DNA of 64,000 nucleotides from the human T2T-CHM13v2.0 reference genome, Homo sapiens: NCBI RefSeq assembly GCF_009914755.1, contig NC_060929.1; one strand, given 5' to 3'. The position numbers and the translations under genes are program-made. The notes below the pieces were generated by a model. The model did not search any database. It saw nothing but the letters and a program-made list of their open reading frames with translations, and was not told the origin of the DNA. This document shows positions 31,491 to 44,220 of this stretch, one piece after another; positions within the stretch are counted from its first letter, which is position 1, and each line of letters begins with the position of its first letter.

Positions 31491-33499
31491 TCTGTGTTTT
31501 GTCTCTTTTGTGACTTCATTCCCTATTGTATTCCTGTACTTTTATTTTTTGAGGTGTCCGGGAAATAGGGGAAACAAATGAGTGGGCAGAGGATGCCATC
31601 TTGAACAATTATCTTAGGTAGTTTTCATTTTTTTAGGGCACATTTTCTCAGCTAAAGCACAACTGAAGTCATATCAATATCAATAATATTAGAAGAGCTT
31701 TCACAGAATTCTATATAAAGATGCCACTTTCCTACCAAAGAACAAAAAAAGGATCTGTTTACCCGCATTTGATTTACAAGGATGCTATGAGGTAGGAAAA
31801 GAATGGTAGATATTAACTTCTGTGAAGGAAACAAAAATGAAAGACACCAGGAAGACATTTTGGGCCACCTCGCAATCCCAACTCTTAGTTCCAGGCTTAG
31901 GCACTAACTTGCCATACGGGAGTGTTAAAATTGCACTGTTCCCACTTCAGTTTGACCTGGACATCAGTTGGATAGAAATTGGATAGGAAGGTAAGTAGAA
32001 TAGAGGTGCTATATCAAATGAATTTACAAAAGAAATGTTTGATTACCATTTCTGTTGAGTTCTGGACCCGTAGGCAGATGAATGCTATTAGACTGGGCTT
32101 AGCATGTATAAAGGATGGAAGGTTTGCTGAACCTTCAGCAAAGGCAGACCTCATGTCTGCCTTCCTGGGAGGTGGGGAATTCCAGAGAGATGAGCTTGCA
32201 CGAAGCCACTGAGATATGGATTCCCTACTATAACATGGGGTCCTGGAATTCCAGAGGGTAAGTGGCTGGCTGAATAACTGCTTTGTTGGTGGAAGCAGGA
32301 AATGGCTGGTGTGTGGAAATCAGCCTGTATTCCCCAAGTGTGTTGAGGTGTAGGATGACACAATGCACTATGCAGAAGAGAGACCCATATTACATTGATT
32401 CTAAAGACACCTGGGGCAGGCAATGGGTTCCTAATGCTTATGAGGAAGGGGCTGGAGCCCAGAGGCATGGCCAGCAGGGAAGGCAATGAGTCGCTGTCGT
32501 TGGGAGAGTGCCCAGTTAGGTCTAGTTCGAAAGAACCCCTGGAAGCTCCAGTTGAGAGCAAGTCAGCCTTAACCACCTTTACAAGGTTAAAGTTGATTGA
32601 TATCACAGGTTGATCATATTTTAATTAGTAAATGTACACTGGAATTTTTTAACTTTAAGTGACAGTGGGAAAATCTAAATATCTAGCACTAGAGTGAGCA
32701 GAATGTTCGTGAGAACTGCGCAATGCTTGTCCACAGCACGGGAAGATTAGCTTTCCAAAATGAATTGAAAGGAGCAGCAGGAGCCAGATATCATGTTGCA
32801 TTTTGACCCCATCCCAGGAGCTGTGGCCTAAACAAACTCGCTCATTACCCCAGTAGACTTCACATTTCCTTTGAAAACCTCACTGCAGAGATTGCGAAGC
32901 TTTCATCTAGGACTAGACTCTTTTTTTTTCTTTCTCATATAAAGTGTACCTGGAAGCCTTAATCAGTCAGGGAATGGGTCTGAAATCTCTAAACAGTAAA
33001 GATTCAGCATTTATGTGCACGATCCACTCTAAATACTGAATTTTATGTCCATTTGACTGGGGGACAAGTTAGACAGGCCTTGACCAAATTCCTCTCCATA
33101 TTAGGTCAATTTTGATTTAAATCATTGGTTAAGAGTCTCCACTTCATTCATTTCAATTTTACCTCAAAATAAGCTTCTGATGTTTGACTCAACTTCAATG
33201 CATGTCTACAACTCGTATTTCTTTTCAAAACAGGATTAATTTAGCTACAAATCCCGAAAGTGAAAGGATTATGTTATTCTCTTTGTAAAAGTGAACAAAA
33301 ATTGGTACTGGTGAAGTTACAATCACACATTCAATAGGATGTCGACAGCTTTTTTAGATACTATTATTACTTTCTTTAAAATAATGAGTCACTTAAATAA
33401 GCTGAAAATTTATATTGCATTTCTACATCCTTCGTGTTTTTCTCCACTGACACAAAAATATACTACCTCTAACTATGCATCACGTACATTTAAGACTAC

Positions 33500-33680
33500 A
33501 GAGATTCTGGGGTCAAAGCGACGTAGGTTCAAATCACATCCCTGTCATTTCTAGATGAGTAGCTTTGGGCAAGGAGGTTATCATCCATAAGCTTCAGTTT
33601 TTAAATCTGTAGAATGGGGGTAAAAATCATGTCTGCCTCATCAAGTTGCTGGAGACTACATGAGATGTATTAAAATAATA
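33500..33680 (+). mobile_element. MIR
   Basis: ggttcaaatc...tttgggcaag...cttcagtttttaaatctgtagaatgggg...gcctcat. Confidence 0.75.
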
Positions 33681-33869
33681 CATTTAACTCTTAATTTATT
33701 AAAAAAAAACTAAACAAACTTTGGGTCAGGAAAAAATATAAAAAGTAGGTTCTGTCGCTGACTAGCCTTTTTCTCAACCATTTATAAGTGATAATTTTTG
33801 TATTGTCCCATTTCAAAGCAAACGGGAAAGAGTTTTAAGAAGCAGTGAAGGACTACTTCACTGGCTTCC

Positions 33870-34420
33870 AAAGTGATTCTCTGCCCATTTTTTCTTTGTA
33901 ATTCCAGCCTCCACACACTGCCCAGAACAAAGTTTCTAACAAGCACATATGACCATGTCAGTTGTCTGCTGGATGGATAAAACGCTAAGTCCATTACAGT
34001 GGGATGCAGCAGCCTTATCTCCCTCTGCGCCTTCATGTCTCACCACCCCTACCACTCTGTCTTTGCTCAAGAAACACTGAGCTGCCAGTTGTCTTCCCCT
34101 GCCTCCCTGCACCCCACACACACCCTCTCAACTCTGACTTTGTTCTGGCTACCGCTTCTTTCTAGTTGCTCCTTTATAACTTTGCTCTGGGACCACTTCA
34201 TCAAGGAAGCATGCCAGGTGCACACTGAACCCCACTGTAAGATGCTCCGCTAGGATGCTCCCATAGTAACTAGCTTCTGTCTGACTCTGCGCGGGGTTTA
34301 AAACTGCCCATTCCTGTGGCTGTTCCGAAACTAAGTCTCTTGAAACCAGGGGTTATGCCTCATTCATCTGCATATGCCCAACACAGACACTGACATGTTC
34401 TGGGATTCAATAAACCTGCT
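33870..34420 (+). mobile_element. L2 3' fragment
   Basis: tttctaacaagcacatatgaccatgtca ... ctcttgaaaccaggg...cattcatctg...cacagacactgacatg...tcaataaa. Confidence 0.6.
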
Positions 34421-34479
34421 GTGTCTGAAGCAAAGATGGATGTCTTCTTCCTTGCACACCCAAGGTAGTGTGGTAGGTA

Positions 34480-34690
34480 TTACTAAATAATATGAGTTAA
34501 CTTCTATTGAGCCAGAAAATGTGCTAGTACTTTACATATGCTACCTTATTTATGTGCAAAAGTATATGAATAGATACAATGGTGACCCCTTTTATCAGGG
34601 AATAATTTTAAGCCGGTGAGCAATGAGCCTACCAGCCTTAAGGAGCTCCCCCAAGGCAGAGTTGGCTTTCCACTCAGGTAGCTCTATATG
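34480..34690 (-). mobile_element. MIR fragment
   Basis: tattgagccagaaaatgtgctagtactttacatatgctaccttatttat, typical of the reverse MIR 3' end. Confidence 0.5.
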
Positions 34691-35821
34691 ATAAAAAGCA
34701 GATACGATTTTTTTAAATAAAAGAAACGAAATTTTTAAACCTATCCAGGGATCTTTGGGTTCTGATGACTTAACATCTGAGAAGTTACACTCTGTAGGTT
34801 GAATCTGAATTGTAGTGTTTTCCCAGAGAGTCAGAACTCTGACGTTTGTGGTCAGATTTTCTAAGGTTTGTCTATCAGGAAGATCCAATGCAAACTGTGA
34901 ATGTGTGTTGCCTTACCAAGTGCCCACTATAGTCGATGACCCGAAACCCTCAGATAGAACTTCTAATTTCTGGAAATGTTTATAGCGAAACAAGAAAAAC
35001 TTGAAAAACTCTAACCTGCATATATCCCACTTTCTAATGGCTACATGCACTTTGATTCTGACAGATATCACCTATGCAAAACCAAGATCTTAGCATTTAC
35101 CAGAACTACTCCCAGACCACCCGGTCCCTCTGCAGCCCACTCCCTCTCAATTGATGGTGACGCTATTCTTCTGGTTGTTGGGTGGGTGGCATCCTTGAGT
35201 TCTTTTTCTCTTACCTTCATCACCTAGTGCATGAGAAAATCTCAGTGGCTACACCTTATATATACATCAAGAACTATAATACCCACTTCCATAACGTCCA
35301 ATGCTTCCATCTTAACCCAAACCATAATCACCTCTTGCTTAAATTACTGCAATCAGCTCCCAACTGACATTCTTGCTTTTGCCTTTAATCCTGATAGTCT
35401 ATTCTCCAAATGGCAGCCGAAGTAACCCTGTTACAAACTAGATCAGAATGCAGTACTCCTCTGCTCAAATCCCCAATGGTGCCCATGGGTTTAGCAAAGG
35501 CAGCATCAAGTTCTCCACAAGACTTACAAGGCCTCTCAGACTTGGCCTTCCACTCCCACCTTGCTGACCTCAAGTCATGTGTTTGCTCTTGTTCTCTCTG
35601 ATTAACCCCCGTGGTCTCCTTGCTACTCAGCAAACATATCAGACACACCCCCATTTATAAGCCCTTGAACTTGCTGTTCCTCCTGCTTAGAAAACCTTCT
35701 GCCCAGATAGTCACAGGGCCAGCTCACTCACCTATGTCAGGACAGATTCAAAGTTACCTTCTGTATAAGTACTGTGTACTAACTAATGGCATCACTGGAA
35801 TCTAAAAAACAAAATATTGGG

Positions 35822-36111
35822 GACCAGGCGTGGTGGCTCACGCCTGTAATCCCAGCACTTTGGGAGGCCGAGGCGGGCAGATCACGAGGTCAGGAGATCA
35901 AGACCATCCTGGCTAACACGGTGAAACCCTGTCTCTACTAAAAATACAAAAAATTAGCCAGGCGTGGTGGCGGGCACCTGTAGCCCCAGCTGCTCAGGAG
36001 GCTAAGGCAGGAGAATGGCGTAAACCTGGGAGGCGGAGCTGATAGTGAGCCAAGATCACGCCACGGCACTCTAGCCTGGGTGACAGAGCGAGACTCTGTC
36101 TCAAAAAAACA

Positions 36112-36141
<30 letters not shown>
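35822..36141 (+). mobile_element. AluY with (CAAAA)n tail
   Basis: Y-diagnostic gagatcaagaccatcctggctaacacggtgaaa and ggagaatggcg...ggcggagct. TSD approximately caaaa(c)tattggg. Confidence 0.95.
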
Positions 36142-36142
<1 letters not shown>

Positions 36143-36283
36143 CTATTGGGTACTATGCTCAGTACCTGGGTGACAGGATCAACTGTACCCCAAACCTCAG
36201 CATCATGCAATATACCCAGCTAACAAACCCAGAGAGGTACCCCCTGAATCTAAAATATAAGTTGGAAATTATATATTAAAAAG
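36142..36283 (+). mobile_element. L1PB-like 3' terminal fragment
   Basis: tattgggtactatgctcagtacctgggtgacaggatc...ccccaaacctcagcatcatgcaatatacc...cccctgaatctaaaat. Confidence 0.85.
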
Positions 36284-36447
36284 TCTCTTCCTAATTAGAG
36301 CCTTCCCTGGCCATCTATCATAAGTATTTTGATAATTTTCTGTCTTCCTCATTTGAAACAAGGCCAAGGATTTTGGCTGATTTCTTATCCCTAGGATCTA
36401 AATCAATGGCAGTACATAAAAGGTGCTTAAAAGTAATTATTGAAGGT

Positions 36448-36796
<349 letters not shown>

Positions 36797-38722
36797 TCAC
36801 TACATATCCTGTATCCACCCTTCCTAGTCATCAGTGACAAATCTCTAAAATCACAACCCCGAAATTCCAAAAGCTGTTTTGCCATCTCTTGACCTAACTG
36901 CTCTTTCAACTAGCAAACCAAGTAGCTCCCAACTTCACAACGCCTCGAATGGTATCAAGCACACGAAATCAGGCATGGAGGTCTTGGAGTTGCAATATTC
37001 CTAATCTCTCAGAAGCATCGAGTTTGTCCCTTATACCTTCCCTGGGCCATAGTTTGCAACCTAAGCGCAATACAATCTATTTTTACAATGTACTTTTACT
37101 ACCTCTTCTTAGATGCAATGATAGAAGGAGCTGTTGGCTCTATTCAGCTCCATTCACCCTCCCCTAACCTCTCCACAGGTATATTCAGCCATGTGGCCAC
37201 ACTCTCGATTGCTACTGAAATGATAGACTAGAACATGCAAAAGTCTACACAAATCACCCATGGGAGAAAGAACTGGAAGCTAAGACTCCTGATTTCTTTC
37301 ATGAGGTAAGTGTAAGAAATGAAATGGCCTCTAGTAGGACGCCTGGACTCCCTGCGCCTCAGTCTCCTCTTCTCTGTGGTGGTGCGCATGGCTGAGAAGG
37401 GTGTCATGGAGTCTCGTAAGAACTCCACCCATCTCCCCCTTCTTGACATGATCTGGTAACTTATTTTACAAAAGCATTTACATGAAGTTTCAGTACATGT
37501 TCACTCGCCCCCTTTTCTAAGCAGATCGCTACTCCTGAGTCCCTACAGCATGAAGATTTAGGTACTCATACTGGGTTGGCACTAATAATTGTCTACCTCA
37601 AAAATTCTATTTGAGAGAGAGGCAGTGAGTGAGAGAATATTTTCATTTCAGTAAACGTAGCTAGCATAATTTTGTGGGCAGTGGCACCCTAGCCTGCATC
37701 CTGTTAGGCCAGGCCAGTCCACACTGGCAATTACTGTGCTGAATTAAAGAAGCCCTTGGCCACCTGCCTCATGCATGCAACAAGCTCCTTTTTTAAATCC
37801 TATTTATCTTCACAGTCATCTATTTGTGTCAAGAAAGGAAGCATATGAGCACAGCATCTGTTACTAGAGTGACACAATTACCAAATCCTTCTGTAAGGGA
37901 AAAAAAATTCACAATAAATCCGGGTTAGTTGTCAGGTGTTTCAGAAGACAAAACATTAGTCTTTCAATCATGGTGTCTTGTTTAAGCTGAGCATATGGTG
38001 CTAACAGCAGAGAGGCACCAGCGCAGCCTGGTCGCTGACGGGCATAACGACCACAGAAATGTCACCTCCTCTAAACTGGGAGAGGAAAGCAGGTTTCTCT
38101 CCCCAAGCCCAGCCCCTCCCTCCCTGTAATAAAGCAGGTACAAATTTAAGGGACTTCATCATTGCTAACTTTGTCGCAAATGTTAGGACCCAAGTACATC
38201 CAATGACAGGTATGGGAGAGTCCTTTAGTTTTCCCAATAACTAATTTAGCAAAGATGTAAATAAATTCAAGCCAAAACAAAAGGGTAATAATTCAAGGCA
38301 ATTCATTATTAATTATTTCCCCACTACTATTGAAAACTATGTAAGCTGAACGTCTAATTTGAGAAAATCCCTTACTTTTTCCACAATGAAATGTAGACAA
38401 CTAAAGGTGACCCTGTCAATACTGCAACTGTTACTTGTTTTGCTTTTTTTCTGGATACCATCAACAGGTCTATGGGATGCTTTCCTAAATGTGTCTTACT
38501 TTTATGAGTTAGTCTTTAGGCTGGGGAGAGGGCAGAGAGAGAAGAGAGGAGAGAAGAGAGTGATATAGGTGTTAGAGATTGAGACACCACATTACTCCGG
38601 AAAAGAAGTCACTGACAAACTGTAGGGAAGATACTGACTTGTTCCAGGAAAGCCCTGGCGTTCTCTGTCTCCTGCAACTACTACAACCTGGCAGACAGCG
38701 CGCCCGGCTTCGCTTCTGCTCA

Positions 38723-39658
<936 letters not shown>

Positions 39659-40849
39659 TTAGTCACATAAAGATTTTTAAAGCCCCACCCCGACAGGGCA
39701 ATCATGATCTCCCTGGTCGCAATCACAATCTGTTTGTTTTAATGAGAAATTCGGGCAGTAAATCTTTTTCTGTCCCCCACTCCCCACCCTTGCCCCAGGT
39801 CATTTCATTAGATACACTTTCTACCTCTGAGATTGGCCGAGTTACATACTTATCTGGAGAACATCAAGAATAAACATACTTCTTACAGTTTATTCTGTTG
39901 CTATTGTCGCGTGGATTCTTCTTTTTGGACAATGAAAAGTTAAACGGAGGGAAAAATACTAAGTCAGAATGAATTCGCTTCGTCTTTTCAGCATTAAAAA
40001 AAAAATCTAGAGGAATTAGAGCAATTGGAAATGAGAATGCTAAAAAAGCCTCCCTTTTCTAGATTTTAATACTGGGCTCCCAATCTTTCAGCATCTTTCT
40101 CTCTCTAGCTCCCTTTAAGAGCCCCCTGCAGCTGTGTCTTCAAATTGAAAGCCATTCGCCTCTCATTTATTTACAAGAACACAAAAGACAACAAGGGCTG
40201 GGGAGGAGCTGGAGAGACAGTTGAAGGGGAAAGCACTTTCCTTGAATCTTGTCCAGAGACAAATTTGCATTCGAATGAAAACACTACATTGTCAACCACT
40301 TCTGGGCAGGAGGTCTCAGATCTTCCAGGCTTTCCCCGGGGAGCAGAGAGGATTTTGAGAGCCTGCTGGTGTGAAAAGGGAGTAGGATTGTACACAGAGT
40401 TGGAGAGAAGCTGGGAAGGAGGGATTTGAAATGAGGGATGAGAGGTGGGTGGGGAGGAGGACTCCAGAGAGATCGAGGGAAGGGAGGAAGAGAAGATTGA
40501 ACAGATGCTAGCCATTAAAAGTTTCAATTATGCCTCTCTACCCGTTCTGGAATGGCAATTGGCAAATAATAGACTGGGCACTTTCACTGCACATACACAG
40601 GCATTCCAAATTTTATCTGGGATGTCAAGTTCATATGCAGATCTGAAGGAGTTAATTGAGCAACATCAAAATTCTCTATTAGGAGCAGCCTGGCATAGGA
40701 GGTAAACAGTTTGGTGAGAGACTTTCTCTATGCAGAGTGTGTGTATGTGTATGCATATGTATTTATGTACGGTATATATATTTTAAATATTCTCACACAC
40801 ACATGCAATCCATAAAGCAATTATTTTAATGTTAAGAGTGAAAGTAAAA

Positions 40850-40945
40850 TGTAAGCTCCATGAGTTTGTTCAATGTTGTGTCCCCAGCAACTAGAACAGG
40901 GCCTGATTCCTAGCAGAGACTCCAGGAATATTTGTGGAATGGTTC
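40850..40945 (+). mobile_element. L2 3' tip
   Basis: tgtaagctccatgag...tccccagcaactagaacagggcctg...aatatttgtggaatg. Confidence 0.7.
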
Positions 40946-41139
40946 CTCAAGTTAGTCTCAAGGCTATGAGGGTCTTATATGTGGAGGATGGGTAACGAAC
41001 ACTACAGATGTGGGTGTGCTTACTCTGAGCCCCAGAGAAATAGTCTAGCTTCATCCAGAGTCATTGAGGGGGTGGCTTTGATGCAATTTTGCTTCTCTCC
41101 CAGTGGCAGCTCTGAGCATGAAACATGTATTAAATAGAT

Positions 41140-41630
41140 TGGGCTTCTCAAATCTAGTTGTATATTATAATCTCCAAGGGTGCTTTTAAAAAAAATCTCA
41201 ATACTCATGACTTACCATTGCCATTTAATTCAGCATCCCTGAAGGTGAGACCATATATCAGTTTTTTTTTGGAAGCTCAGCAGGTGATTTCACTGTGCAA
41301 CCAAGCATGAGTCCCACGTCCCGCTAGAGCAGTGGTTTTCAAAGGGAGGTCCCTGATGGTCTTTTCAGCATTAAAAAAAAAAAAAAATTCTAGAGGAATC
41401 AGAGCAATCAGAATCATACCCCCACCATAAACTGAACAAACTCTGGGGGAGGGGCTGAGGGATCTGGGTTTTAACCAGTACTCTGGGTGATTATGGTGCT
41501 GGTCAAAGTTTGCCAACACTGCTCCAGAAGACACTTGGATTTGGAGGGTGCGGAGTGGGCCCCAGAGTCTGCATTTCTAACAATCTCCCAGAGCAGGCAA
41601 ATGCTGTTGCTCTGAGAACTACCACTAAGC
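41140..41630. mobile_element. Cluster of three adjacent MER5-family pieces; central MER5A at 41330-41521
   Basis: Central element has TIR-like ends cagtggttttcaaag...aaagtttgccaacactg. Flanking pieces carry ttctcaaa...caggtgattt and ggccccagagtctgcatttctaacaa. Confidence 0.75.
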
Positions 41631-42422
41631 TGCAGACATTTTTCTTCTGAAGCTCTACTGGGGTTCCCTATCAACTGGGGCCTGAGCAACACTCAGCCAT
41701 GCAGAACACAGCTGGCAAGTGATGGAAAAGCATCCGACAAAAATTTCTGAAAACCCTTCCCACAGGAACAAAATGAGAAGAAAGAACCCTTTCTCTAAGG
41801 TTTCAGGAGCACTCTCTGCTCCCTGTTTACAACAAAACAAAAACTTTTTGTTATGTCTTGGCTATGTAACATTAATAAAACAACCTTAGAGTACACTAAC
41901 GATGCCATTACCAAATAGCATAATTTTTAATAAATACTAACTAAAGCATACCAATGTAAATGAGAATATTAAGTCGGTATTCATTCTAATATTTAAATAT
42001 TAGAACATATATCCTGTGAAAACCTTAATGCTTTTTACAAATACTTTATTTTTCTTGTAATCTGTCAAAACATCTAGTCTCAGGTGTACTAAGTGCTGAA
42101 TACGACTGTCTCCTATGTTTTCTTAAATGCACCCCAAATCTGTAGAAGTCTTGACAACTGCCACATGAGCTGTAGACATTTTGACAAGCTACGGCAACCA
42201 ATTTGAAAGTCTTTTAGATATTATAGGATCTTGGTAAAATTGTGCTAATAATTTTGGCATGAAAAAAGGAAAAGTATAAACAATAAAATTTTATATACTG
42301 TTTAACATAGTAAGTGGTATTGTCCACTGTGTACTAAAATGCACTTCCAAAAAAGCCTCCTGAATCCATTTGCATAAGAAGCCATTATCAACTAGAGCAC
42401 CTTCTCAGGAGCACCAGCTACA

Positions 42423-42620
42423 CTGGTGTGTTACCAGCAATGCTTTCTACAACGTAGAGAATGTTCTCAATCCGTACTGCTCAATATGGCACCGCTGAAC
42501 ACATGGGCTGATTGACAGCTTGAAATGTGGCTAATCAGCTGAGGAACTTCAGTACATAGTTAACTTTAATTAAGTTAAACAGCCACATGTGACTAGTGGC
42601 CACCTTCTTGGACAGCACAG
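42423..42620 (+). mobile_element. MER3 (hAT-Charlie MITE)
   Basis: cttgaaatgtggctaatcagctgaggaact ... agccacatgtgactagtggccaccttcttggacagcacag. Confidence 0.8.
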
Positions 42621-43860
42621 TTGTCTAAGCTCCTCTGCAGTTTACAATAAATAAACCAGGGGTGCTATACTCCATTTCAATGGCTTATAGAGTAATAAAT
42701 GCCTAAGAACTATTCTTTGGTTAAACAGAGAAATTTGTTTTGTAGCATCATTTGAATAAAAACAAAATTTGGGGGAGCCTCTTTTCACCCTTGTGCTTAT
42801 GTTTTCTTTCACTACCGAATTTGATTTAGTAACTCTTTGTCAGTTAAGGTTACCTGAGGCTGTCATTCAAGCCAGCTGCACAATCATAGGACAGTTTATT
42901 ACTACCCATCGTTGCATTAGAGATAATCGAAACACATTCCAACACATACAGAATTGTATTCACTTTAGTGTCACAAGAGTTCAATTCTACCTTAAAAGTA
43001 TGTTAGCACTATAAAGCTGCAAATCTGATTTTAAAGTTAGAATTCAAGTAAAGTTTCATTTTCCTTTTTTAAACTAAAGATTACTACATACTGCTTCCCT
43101 GCAGATATTTGGAAATGTGTGTGTACATGCAAAGACAGTTGAAATAATTTTTTATTGATGTGTGACTCTGAAAATAAAAATAATGATATAACAAATTTAG
43201 ATATACTTGGAATAGATTGGGCCCCATCCTTGGTCACACCATCTAGGCTGTTGGCAGAGACAATTCTTGACTCTGTCTTCATTCTCAGCTCTTTGGATCA
43301 GTCTCAGCCTCGAGGGCAACTTTATTTGTCTTTCCCACTCCTTCAAAATGAGGAACCCATTTACGAGAAATGGACAAGGAAGCAGAATGTTCACAGATAA
43401 ACAACCCCATCAAGGAGATGTTCTGATTCAACAGTTTCTGATAGGTAGAGTATGGTGCACATTAAGTGTAGTTCAGTTCTTGTTTCCCTTATGGGAAAAT
43501 TTTCAAGAAAAATATGGAACATTAACTCATCAAAGCTATTACAAATTATTTTATCTGTATACATATGTTTCAGATGGGTCAGATTTAGGATATATTCAGT
43601 GTCACAATTTTTACATTACATGGTGTGTGTGTGTGTACTTAGTGGTATATTGAGGCCTCTTGTGTAATTGTAGATGCATTGATATCTATTTTATAGAACT
43701 GTTTAAGGGGAGGATGTATTTACAAAGTATAGTAGAAAAAATATTGAAATGGGAAGTTAGGGAATATGTACATTATTCCAACAGCCATTAATGAACAGTA
43801 CTCAAGTTTGATGCATTAATTTACTCACTGACTCAATAAACCATTAAGAAGAGCCTACTA

Positions 43861-44220
43861 CAGTCTGGGAATCCCTACTCTGAAAATCCAAAATCTGAAA
43901 TCCAAAAATCCCAAACATTTTGAGCACTGACATGAATGTCACAGTAGAAAATTCTACACCTGACACCTTTGCTTTCTGATGGTATAATGTACATAAACTT
44001 TGTTTCATGTACAACATTATTTAAAATGTCATATAAACTTACCTTCAGGCTATGAGTTATGTATGAAATACAAATGAATTTTGTCTTTAGACTGGGGGGG
44101 AGTCCCATCCCAAGAAATCTCATTATGGATACGCAAGTATTCTAAAATCGCCCCCCGCCAAAATCTGAAATCCAAAACACTTCTGATCCCCTGCATTTCA
44201 AACAAGGGATGCTCGACCTG
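43861..44220 (+). mobile_element. Tigger4/MER46-type MITE
   Basis: TA|cagtctgggaatccct...aaatccaaaatctgaaat at the left end and ...aagggatgctcgacctg at the right end (imperfect TIRs). Confidence 0.8.

Larger units (their letters stand above)
35020..36445 (+). mobile_element. L2 fragment interrupted by an L1PB 3' piece and an AluY
   Basis: L2 motifs accataatcacctcttgcttaaattactgcaatcagctcccaactg and gcccttgaacttgctgttcctcctgcttagaa; resumes after ~36285 and ends ggcagtacataaaaggtgcttaa. Confidence 0.7.
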
